Of a DNA stretch of 64,000 nt, positions 26,892 through 36,252 are shown piece by piece. The DNA is taken from the NCBI GenBank assembly GCA_946533675.1, contig CAMNBZ010000013.1, forward strand, positions 2,391-66,390. The letters run 5' to 3'. Below the pieces are notes generated by a model. That model did not search any database. It was not told where the DNA came from and was given only the letters and a program-made list of their open reading frames with translations. Each line of letters starts with the position of its first letter. Position 1 is the first letter of the stretch. This DNA is from an uncultured Verrucomicrobiota bacterium. GTDB taxonomy: Bacteria > Verrucomicrobiota > Kiritimatiellia > RFP12 > UBA1067. Both the position numbers and the translations under genes were made by a program.

Positions 26892-27410
26892 ATGAAAAGA
26901 GTTCAACAATCATATGTCGCTGCTACTACTGCGACAATCTTTTTCTTCCAATGCATAGCGACATGCTGTATTTGGGATATGAAAATGGGTGTTCTGCTAT
27001 ATTTTTTAATGGCATTACTATGTATTATTCAATTTCCTACATTTATTATAATAATGTGTTTTCTGTTTTTAGCCCCTGTACCTTCAAACAGCATCTTTTC
27101 ATGCTTGGCAGAAAAAGCCTTTTCAATATATTTGTCGAAATTTTACGTTTTTGCCATTGCACATAGTATTCTTTGGCATCACTTCCTGACAGGCGAACAA
27201 TACATAATGTCTAAAAGTTCACTATACATTTTGCTTTTGTATGGTTTATTGTTTATTTCGTCGCCTTTGCCTGATTCGCCATCGATTTGTTTATTGCTAT
27301 TTCCTCTAGAAGTGTTATCCCCTTTGGGTCTTTATGTTCTTGTCGATAATGGTTTGTCTCGGATTATGGTTGCTATAAGAAGGGACGGACATGATTGCCA
27401 CAGTAAATGA
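26892..27410 (+). CDS. Low-GC cargo ORF B, multi-pass membrane hypothetical protein (172 aa)
   Basis: Several hydrophobic segments; very AT-rich; stop codon abuts the tail scaffold at 27411. Confidence 0.6.
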   Translation: MKRVQQSYVAATTATIFFFQCIATCCIWDMKMGVLLYFLMALLCIIQFPTFIIIMCFLFLAPVPSNSIFSCLAEKAFSIYLSKFYVFAIAHSILWHHFLTGEQYIMSKSSLYILLLYGLLFISSPLPDSPSICLLLFPLEVLSPLGLYVLVDNGLSRIMVAIRRDGHDCHSK

Positions 27411-27945
27411 AGTTTATGATACACTGCTAGCCATGATGAATCTGCGCGAGAGTATGTCTGGAAGATGCCGCCGAATCCGTCGGTTGGCACGTCAGCCATT
27501 TGTGCGACATAATTCTGCGGGTCCGAACACGCATGTCCGTGATCGTGAACACGCATGTCCGTGATCGTGAACACGCATGTCCGCGTTCGTGAATACGCAT
27601 GTTCGCGATTGTGAATACGCATGTTCGTGATTACGGGCGCGGTTCCCCTGTTTTTAATTAACTCCGAGCAGCTGGGCTTTCGTTACCACTTCGCGCAATT
27701 CGTTCTGCTTCGCATGTGAAATTGTTCTGTAGCTGATGAGAAATGTCTATTTGTGGCTGGAGGAGGTTTCCTTCCGACCACCTCGTGTCTGAAGGCGGGT
27801 CGTCTTACCTGCCGAAGGCAGCCTCTAAAGATGCTGACCCAACCTGAACAGCCGTTGAAAAACGCGAAGCGGCGGAGCGGTCGCGGGAGCCCAAACGCTC
27901 GGAGTTGATAAATGTCAATGTTGGTTGGGGCCCCACCGCAATTTT
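27411..27945 (+). repeat. Array unit B tail scaffold
   Basis: Five 22-bp repeats (27523-27632); ends in ATGTCAATGTTGGTTGGGGCCCCACCGCAATTTT. Confidence 0.92.
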
Positions 27946-27957
27946 TTTTCTAGAGGG

Positions 27958-28067
27958 GCTAGACCGCTCGCTTACGCGGGCTACGCTAGACCGCTCGCTT
28001 TGCTCGCTACGCTAGACCGCCCGCTTACGCGGGCTACGCTAGACTTCTAGAATAGCGAGCGGTCTAG
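27958..28067. repeat. Three 26-27 bp GCTAGACCGCTCGCTT...CTAC repeats plus an inverted partial copy
   Basis: Units 27958-27984, 27985-28010, 28011-28037; inverted AGCGAGCGGTCTAG at 28054-28067; related AGCGAGCGCTCTAGA at 13682. Confidence 0.85.
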
Positions 28068-28237
28068 ACCAGCGTGCAACGCGGCACAAATTCCTTTGCC
28101 CCGGCGGCGGTTGACTTTGGGGGAGCGATATGATAACATACGCCCCCGTTCGTCCGGAATAGGCGACTCTCCACGTGCGGGTGCACGACGGGAAGCAACG
28201 CCCCTTACGGATTCACTTGCGTCAAGGGTCACATGAA

Positions 28238-29689
28238 TTGTCTCACCTTACACAGCAAGCTACGCCTCTCGCGGAGGCGCTGAACGCGCAGCGGATCAAC
28301 CGTCTGGCGCATTTCGACGTGCCCGGCCACAAGGGCGGGCGCATGAACCCCGAGCTCCCCGAGTACTACGGACGCCTGTGCATGTCGCTCGACGTCAACT
28401 CGATGAAGCCGCTTGACAACCTGGGCCATCCCGTGGGCGTCATCCGGGACGCGCAGGCGCTCGCGGCGGAGGCGTTCGGCGCGGACCACGCCTTCTTCAT
28501 GGTGAACGGCACCACCTCCGCCGTCCAGACGATGATCTGGACGACGTGCGGCCGCGGCGAAAAGATCATCATGCCGCGCAACGTCCACCGCAGCGCCATC
28601 AACGCGCTCGTCATCAACGGCGCGATCCCCGTCTACGTCAACCCCGGGCGCAACGCGCGGCTCGGCATCCCGCTGGGGATGGGCGTGGAGGACGTGCAGC
28701 GCGCCATCGAGCAGCACCCCGACGCGAAGGCCATCCTCGTCAACAACCCGACGTACTACGGCGTGTGCTCCGACCTGGAGACGATCGTCTCCATCGCGCA
28801 CGCGGCGGGGATGAAGGTGCTGGCGGACGAGGCGCACGGCACGCACTTCTACTTCTCCGACAGGCTGCCGGTCTCGGGCATGGCGGCGGGCTGCGACATG
28901 GCGGCCGTCTCGCTCCACAAGACGGGCGGCTCGCTCACGCAGAGCTCGATCCTCCTCAGCCGGAACACGGTCAACCCCGACTACGTGCGCCAGATGATCA
29001 CGCTGACGCAGTCGACGAGCGCGAACTACCTGCTGCTGAGTTCGCTCGATCTCGCGCGCCGCCACCTGCACTTCCACGGCCGCGAGGTCTACGAAAAGAC
29101 CATCGCCTTCGCGGAGTACGCGCGCGAGGAGATCAACCGCCTCGGCGGCTACTACGCGTTCGGCCCCGAGATCTGCAACGGCGACACGTGCTTCGCGTTC
29201 GACCTGACGAAGCTGTCGGTCCACACGCGCGACATCGGGCAGGCCGGCATCGAGGTGTACGACCTGCTCCGCGACGACTACGGCATCCAGATCGAGTTCG
29301 GCGACGTCGGCAACATCCTCGCCATCATCTCGGCGGGCGACCGCCGCATGGACGTCGAGCGGCTCATCTCCGCGCTCGCCGAGATCAAGCGCCTGCACCG
29401 CAAGGATCCCGTCGGCCTCTTCGACCACGAATACATCGACCCCGACGTCGCCATGACGCCCGAGGCCGCGTTCGTCGCGCAGAAGGAGACGGTGCCGCTG
29501 CGGGCGTCGCTCGGCCGCGTCGCCGGCGAATTCGTGATGAGCTATCCGCCCGGCATCCCGATTCTCGCGCCGGGCGAGCGCGTCACGCCCGACATCCTCG
29601 AACACATCGAATTCACCAAGGCCAAGGGCTGCTTCATGACCGGCCCCCTGGACATGGCGCTCAACAACCTGCAGGTCGTTGTGAGTTGA
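28238..29689 (+). CDS. PLP-dependent Orn/Lys/Arg decarboxylase (probably arginine decarboxylase by context)
   Basis: FDVPGHKGG, VNGTTSA, PRNVHRS, ADEAHG, SLHKTGG, SYPPGIP; TTG start 28238 inferred (track start 28175). Confidence 0.9.
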   Translation: MSHLTQQATPLAEALNAQRINRLAHFDVPGHKGGRMNPELPEYYGRLCMSLDVNSMKPLDNLGHPVGVIRDAQALAAEAFGADHAFFMVNGTTSAVQTMIWTTCGRGEKIIMPRNVHRSAINALVINGAIPVYVNPGRNARLGIPLGMGVEDVQRAIEQHPDAKAILVNNPTYYGVCSDLETIVSIAHAAGMKVLADEAHGTHFYFSDRLPVSGMAAGCDMAAVSLHKTGGSLTQSSILLSRNTVNPDYVRQMITLTQSTSANYLLLSSLDLARRHLHFHGREVYEKTIAFAEYAREEINRLGGYYAFGPEICNGDTCFAFDLTKLSVHTRDIGQAGIEVYDLLRDDYGIQIEFGDVGNILAIISAGDRRMDVERLISALAEIKRLHRKDPVGLFDHEYIDPDVAMTPEAAFVAQKETVPLRASLGRVAGEFVMSYPPGIPILAPGERVTPDILEHIEFTKAKGCFMTGPLDMALNNLQVVVS

Positions 29690-29718
29690 GAGTGGAGAAT
29701 GGAGAGTGGAGAGTTGAG
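29684..29718 (+). repeat. G-rich heptamer array (left arm), 5 units
   Basis: AGTTGAG AGTGGAG AATGGAG AGTGGAG AGTTGAG; contains the TGA stop of the decarboxylase. Confidence 0.92.
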
Positions 29719-29757
29719 CGTGGCGTGTCACAACTTGAGAATGGAGGGCGAGGCAGG

Positions 29758-30117
29758 ATGAGGGAAAGCATCATTGCAGACAAGAGTTATGCCTTGGCCG
29801 TCAGGGTCGTCAGGCTGAACCGGCATTTGGCGGAGAAGAAAAAAGAGTTCGTCCTGAGCAAGCAGCTCTTGCGTGCCGGCACGAGCATCGGCGCCAATGT
29901 CCGCGAAGGGCAGGAGGGGCAGAGCAAGGCCGATTTCGTCAACAAGTTCAGCATTGCGCTCAAGGAGTGCGGCGAGACGCTGTATTGGCTGGATCTCTTG
30001 CACGATACCGGATTCCTGACGGATCGGCAGTACCGCTCCATTTGCGATGATTGCATTGAAGTGAAGAAACTGCTCGTCTCGATCGTCAAGACTTCCCGCT
30101 CCCGCCTCCCGCACTAA
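29758..30117 (+). CDS. Four-helix-bundle protein (23S rRNA intervening-sequence protein family)
   Basis: DKSYALAVRVV, LSKQLLRAGTSIGANVREG, SKADFVNKFSIALKECGETLYWL; 119 aa. Confidence 0.92.
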   Translation: MRESIIADKSYALAVRVVRLNRHLAEKKKEFVLSKQLLRAGTSIGANVREGQEGQSKADFVNKFSIALKECGETLYWLDLLHDTGFLTDRQYRSICDDCIEVKKLLVSIVKTSRSRLPH

Positions 30118-30213
30118 CTCTCCACTCTCAACTTTCAACTTTCAACTCTCAACTCTCCACTCTCAACTTTCAACTCTCAACTCTCCACTCTCAACTTTCA
30201 ACTCTCAACTCTC
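30116..30213 (+). repeat. C-rich heptamer array (right arm), 14 units
   Basis: 14 x (A/C)ACT(C/T)TC from the TAA of the four-helix gene up to 1 nt before the speE ATG; reverse complement of the left arm. Confidence 0.95.
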
Positions 30214-30214
30214 C

Positions 30215-31060
30215 ATGGAACTGTGGTACACCGACAAGCATACGGAGGACGTGCGCTTCTCCGTCAAGGTCAAGCGGCAGCTCGCCTCGCACAAGAGCGA
30301 GATCCAGCAGATCGACATCCTCGACACGTGCGGCTTCGGGCGCGTCCTGGTCCTCGACGGCGAGCTGATGATCACCGAGAAGGACGAGTTCATCTACCAT
30401 GAGATGCTCACGCACGTGCCGATGGCGGTCCATCCCAACGTGGAGACGGTGCTCGTCGTCGGCGGCGGCGACGGCGGCACGGTGCGCGAACTCGCGAAGT
30501 ACCCGTCCATCCGCGAAATCGATCTCGTCGAGGCCGACAAGGAGGTGGTGACGCTCTCGTCCATCCACCTGCCGTTCACGGCGTGCAAGCTGCGCGACCC
30601 GCGCGTGCGGCTCCACTTCGAGGATGGCCTGCGGTTCGTGCGCGGCAAGAAGGACGCATACGATCTCATCATCGTCGACTGCCCCGATCCCTACGGCCCC
30701 GCCGAGGGCCTCTTCACGCGCGAGTTCTACGGCAACTGCTGCAACGCGCTCAAGGAGGACGGCATCCTCATCAACCAGCACGAGTCGCCGTTCTACGCCG
30801 CGCACCAGACGAGCGTCAAGAACGCCCACGCGCACATCGCGATCGAGTTCCCCGTCTCGACCGTCTACCAGTGCCACATCCCGAGCTATCCGTCGGGCCA
30901 CTGGCTCTTCGGCTTCGCGTCGCTCAAGTACGATCCCGTGCGCGACCTCGACGCGGCGCGCTGGAACGCGCTCGGCATCGCCGCGCGCTACTACAACACC
31001 GACCTCCACCGCGGCGCGTTCGCGCTGCCCAACTACGTCAAGGAGCTCCTGAACCGATGA
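30215..31060 (+). CDS. speE: Polyamine aminopropyltransferase (spermidine synthase)
   Basis: DEFIYHEML, VLVVGGGDGG, IIVDCPDP, IPSYPSGHW. Confidence 0.93.
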   Translation: MELWYTDKHTEDVRFSVKVKRQLASHKSEIQQIDILDTCGFGRVLVLDGELMITEKDEFIYHEMLTHVPMAVHPNVETVLVVGGGDGGTVRELAKYPSIREIDLVEADKEVVTLSSIHLPFTACKLRDPRVRLHFEDGLRFVRGKKDAYDLIIVDCPDPYGPAEGLFTREFYGNCCNALKEDGILINQHESPFYAAHQTSVKNAHAHIAIEFPVSTVYQCHIPSYPSGHWLFGFASLKYDPVRDLDAARWNALGIAARYYNTDLHRGAFALPNYVKELLNR

Positions 31061-31902
31061 ACTTCATCGCCGCTGACGCATCCTTCGCGGACGCTGCGGT
31101 CGTCCTCTTCGGCGCACCGTACGATTCGACGACGAGCTTCCGCCCCGGCACGCGCTTCGGGCCCGCCGCGCTGCGCTCGGAGTCGTTCGGCATCGAAACG
31201 TATTCGCCGTATCAGGACCGCGACCTCGAAACCGACGTGCGCGTCCACGACGCGGGCGACCTGGAGCTGCCGTTCGGTGCGCCCGAGCGCGCGCTGGCGA
31301 TGATCGAGGCGCAGGCCGCGGCGATCCTGGACGCGGGCAAGGTGCCGTTCCTCCTCGGCGGCGAACACCTCGTCACGCTCGGCGCGGTGCGCGCGGCCGC
31401 GCGCAAGCACCCGGACCTGCGCATCCTCCACTTCGACGCGCACGCCGATCTGCGCGAGGATTACCTCGGCGTGACGCTCTCGCACGCCTGCGTCCTGCGC
31501 CGCTGCCACGACCTGCTCGGCGACGGCCGCATCTGGCAGTTCGGCATCCGCTCGGGAACGCGCGACGAGTTCGCGTTCATGAAGGCGGGCCGTGTGACGA
31601 CCGAGCCGTTCGCCGACGCGACGCTGCCGGCCGTCCTCGACGCGATCGGGCCCGACGCGCCCGTCTATCTCACGATCGACCTCGACGTCCTCGACCCGGC
31701 GGAGTTCCCCGGCACGGGCACGCCCGAGGCGGGCGGCTTCAGCTTCCTCCGGCTGCTGGGCGACATCCGCCGGATCTGCGCGCGGCTGCATGTCGTCGCG
31801 CTCGACAACGTGGAGCTCGCGCCGACGCTCGACCCGACGGGCCGCTCCACCGCGCTCGCCTGCAAGCTCCTGCGCGAAGAGCTGCTGGCACTCAAGGTTT
31901 GA
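31057..31902 (+). CDS. speB: Agmatinase
   Basis: GAPYDSTTSFRPGTRFGP, LGGEHL, HFDAHADL, TIDLDVLDPAEFPGTGTPEAGG. Confidence 0.93.
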   Translation: MNFIAADASFADAAVVLFGAPYDSTTSFRPGTRFGPAALRSESFGIETYSPYQDRDLETDVRVHDAGDLELPFGAPERALAMIEAQAAAILDAGKVPFLLGGEHLVTLGAVRAAARKHPDLRILHFDAHADLREDYLGVTLSHACVLRRCHDLLGDGRIWQFGIRSGTRDEFAFMKAGRVTTEPFADATLPAVLDAIGPDAPVYLTIDLDVLDPAEFPGTGTPEAGGFSFLRLLGDIRRICARLHVVALDNVELAPTLDPTGRSTALACKLLREELLALKV

Positions 31903-31924
31903 CATCAGGAAAGGAACGGAAGAA

Positions 31925-33267
<1,343 letters not shown>

Positions 33268-33268
<1 letters not shown>

Positions 33269-34470
33269 TGCCGCGCTACGTGATCGACGAGGCGGCGCTC
33301 CGGCGCAATCTGACGGTTCTGAAGGGCGTCGCGGACCGCACGGGAGCCCGGATTCTCCTCGCGCAGAAGGCGTTTTCGTGCGCGGCGACGTACCCGCTCT
33401 GCGCGCAGTATCTCGCGGGCACGACGGCGAGCTCGCTTTTCGAGGCGCGCCACGGCCACGACAATTTCGGCGGCGAGACGCACGTCTTCGCACCCGCGTT
33501 CGTGCCGGAGGAGATGGAGGAGCTGCTGGGGCTCGTCGATCATATCGTCTTCAATTCGCCGCGTCAGGTTGCGCTCTACGGCGAGAGGGCGCGCGCGCGC
33601 GGCGTGTCGGCGGGGCTTCGGGTGAATCCCGAGGTCTCCGTCGCGACGACGCCCGCGTACGATCCGTGCCGTCCGTCGTCGCGTCTCGGCACCCGACGCG
33701 CCGACCTCGACGCGCAACTTTCAACTTTCAGCTCTCCACTTTCAACTCTCTCGGGTTTGCATTTCCACTGCCTGTGCGAGCAGGGCGTGGCGGAGCTGCA
33801 GAAAGTCCTGGCGGGGTTCGAGGAAAAGTTCGGCGACCTGCTGCCGCAGATGGAATGGGTGAATTTCGGCGGCGGCCACCACATCACGCGCGCGGACTAC
33901 GACGTAGACGGGCTCGTCGCGCTCCTGAACGATTTCCGTCGCCGCCATCCGCATCTGACGGTCTATCTGGAGCCGGGCGAGGCGGTGGCGCTCAACGCGG
34001 GCACGCTCGAAGCGCGCGTCCTCGAAATCCAGCCGCGCGGCGCGGACGGGATCGCGAACGCGATTCTCGATACGAGCGCGGCGTGCCACATGCCGGACGT
34101 GCTCGAAATGCCGTACACACCGCGGGTGAGAGTTGAGAGTGGAGAGTGGAGAATGGAGAGTGGGGAAAGGAGTCCGGATAGTGGTCAGGCTGTCAACTCT
34201 CAATTCTCAACTCTCAACTCTCAACTCTTCACCTATCGTTTCGGCGGGCCGACGTGTCTGGCGGGCGACGAGATCGGCGTCTACGCGTTCGCGCGTCCGC
34301 TCCACGCGGGCGACACGGTCGTCTTCGAGGACATGGCGATCTACTCGATGGTGAAGAACAACACGTTCAACGGCGTCAACCTGCCGGACATCGCCCTGCG
34401 GCATGAAGACGGGACGGTCGAGACGCTGCGCGCCTTCGGCTACGCCGACTTCGCCGCCCGCCTCGGCTGA
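33268..34470 (+). CDS. nspC: Carboxynorspermidine/carboxyspermidine decarboxylase
   Basis: LLAQKAFS, TTASSLFEA, GLHFHCLCEQ, NFGGGHHIT, YLEPGEA, TCLAGD, YSMVKNNTFNG. Confidence 0.92.
34128..34228. repeat. In-frame inverted heptamer mini-element inside nspC
   Basis: G-rich arm 34128-34163, 30-bp spacer, C-rich arm 34194-34228. Confidence 0.9.
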
Positions 34471-34480
34471 GTCATCTTTA

Positions 34481-34523
34481 AAAATTTCCCCTAAATGACA
34501 AAATGCAGATTAGGGGAAATTTT
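34481..34523. repeat. 14-bp perfect inverted repeat after nspC
   Basis: AAAATTTCCCCTAA (34481-34494) / TTAGGGGAAATTTT (34510-34523); terminator or operator role unresolved. Confidence 0.75.
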
Positions 34524-34768
34524 GTTGTGGCGGACACGCGGCGTTTTTGGTATCATACCCACATTCGTCAAAGTTGACGAGAAGGTTCGGTCGCTTTCGC
34601 GGCCGTCCGGTGTCTCAGCCAGAGCCGCGCTCGTCTACAGCGGACACCTCGCGCCAATCGTCGCAGCAGACGGTTACTTCGACGCGCTCGTTCCGTTCCG
34701 CAGACTGCTCGGCCTGGTCTCATAAGGGTCGTGGGAGGATTCGGCAACACATCAGCGAGGAGGCAGCC

Positions 34769-36235
34769 ATGTCGTTCTGGTCAAGCACAAAAGATGTCCT
34801 TTCGGGGCGGCGCCCGGTCGGCGCTGTTCTCGGCGCCGCCGTCAAGGGCTATCGCACGATCCGCGTCGCGGTCATGGGTTCCAAGGCGAGCGGCAAGACC
34901 GTCTTTCTGACCGCGCTCGCCAGCCATCTTCAGGATCATCGCCCGACGGAGTTCCCGCTGGGCGGCCGGATCGTCACGTGGGACAGAGACGCGATTTCCG
35001 GCGAGACGCTGCATGGTCTGCCGCGCTTCAGCTACGAAGAGGCGCGCGCGTTCCTGGCCAGGGGCGAATGGCCCGCCAAGACGACGGCGACCTCGATTCT
35101 GGCCCTGCGGCTGCTGATCGAGGACAAGACGGGCCGTCAGGAGAACGTGCAGCTCGAGGTCGTTGACATCCCGGGCGAGCGGATCGCCGATTTCGCGATG
35201 AAGGGGCGCTCGTACAGATCGTGGTGCCGGTGGATGCAGCGGGAATCCGCGACGCCGGCGTACACCGCGTACGTCGACGCCGTCAAGAAGGCGGGGCCGG
35301 ACGATGCAGAGCCGCTCTTCGCGGCCTATCGCGACTTCCTCGCGCAGGAGTACGTGAACGGTGCGCCCTGCATCACGCCGTCGGCGGTCAAGCTGGGGAT
35401 CGACGGCGAAAAGCGCGGCGGGTCGCCGGCCGCATTCCGGGCGGCGATCGATTCCGTTCCCGTCGGTTTCACGGACGGCAAAGGGCGCGTCTGGGACTTC
35501 GTGCCGCTGCCCGAATCGTGTTTCGAGAAGGGGTCGCCGTGGCACGGTCTGATCAAGCGGTTTGCGCGCGGCTACGACAGGTATGTCGCGACGGTCGTGC
35601 GGCCGATCGCCGACTGGATGGCGGGCGCGGAGAAGCTGTTCTATCTCGTCGACATGCTGTCCCTGCTCCAGCAGGGGGCGAAGGCCTGCGACTCGGAACG
35701 GCAGTACGGCGAAGCGGCGATCGGCGCGCTGTGCCCGCGCAGGGGCTCGGCGCTGCGCCGCCTCGGACGCTGGGCGTCGGGCGTGCTGTGGCAGACGCGC
35801 ATCCGCGCCGTCTATGTCGTGACGACCAAGGCCGACTGCGTCTGGTCCCGGACGAATCGCGACAATCTGGTCCTGCTGGCGGATGCGCTGCTGGGGCGCG
35901 CGCTCCGGTGCGTGGACCGCACGCGCGTGTCGACGTGCATCCTGCCCTGCGCGGCCGTGTGCAGCACCAAGGAGCGGACCGACGGGCAGCCGGGGCTGCA
36001 GGGCCCGATCCCGGATCCGGCGCAGCCCGACGCGCGGCCGGCGCTGAAGAAATGGCGGCCGTCCGACGTGCCGGCCGTCTGGCCGCGCTCGTCCGAGGAA
36101 TGGGAGGCGGCCATCGCGGACGGGACGTTCAACTACCCGTTCGCGTTCCCGTGGTTCGACGCGGCGCAGATCTGCCTGCCGCGGCAGCTGAATCTGGACA
36201 TCCTGGCCGAGGCCCTGCTCGCGCGGGAAGACTGA
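34769..36235 (+). CDS. ycjX: YcjX-family P-loop NTPase
   Basis: IRVAVMGSKASGKTVFLTAL, EVVDIPGERIADF, VVTTKAD, C-terminal QLNLDILAEALL; paired with a ycjF-like gene. Confidence 0.75.
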   Translation: MSFWSSTKDVLSGRRPVGAVLGAAVKGYRTIRVAVMGSKASGKTVFLTALASHLQDHRPTEFPLGGRIVTWDRDAISGETLHGLPRFSYEEARAFLARGEWPAKTTATSILALRLLIEDKTGRQENVQLEVVDIPGERIADFAMKGRSYRSWCRWMQRESATPAYTAYVDAVKKAGPDDAEPLFAAYRDFLAQEYVNGAPCITPSAVKLGIDGEKRGGSPAAFRAAIDSVPVGFTDGKGRVWDFVPLPESCFEKGSPWHGLIKRFARGYDRYVATVVRPIADWMAGAEKLFYLVDMLSLLQQGAKACDSERQYGEAAIGALCPRRGSALRRLGRWASGVLWQTRIRAVYVVTTKADCVWSRTNRDNLVLLADALLGRALRCVDRTRVSTCILPCAAVCSTKERTDGQPGLQGPIPDPAQPDARPALKKWRPSDVPAVWPRSSEEWEAAIADGTFNYPFAFPWFDAAQICLPRQLNLDILAEALLARED

Positions 36236-36252
36236 AGGAAGGGAGGTCGACG

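Noticed and set aside
25623-27622. Small minus-strand ORFs in the scaffolds (25623-25853, 25958-26413, 27332-27622, also 24390-24587)
   Set aside because: They start in or run through the repeats; the first ~110 bp of the tails is more diverged and might be a coding remnant, but no frame is clearly supported
25820-27632. 22-bp repeats as a CRISPR array
   Set aside because: Repeats are contiguous with no unique spacers, and no cas genes are present
24247-27945. Classical integron (attC cassettes)
   Set aside because: No integron integrase in the window; no convincing RYYYAAC...GTTRRRY attC pairs; conserved inter-cargo DNA (about 0.9 kb) is far longer than attC and includes promoters
29758-30117. 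Four-helix gene as the Avd of a diversity-generating retroelement
   Set aside because: No reverse transcriptase and no template/variable repeat pair in the window
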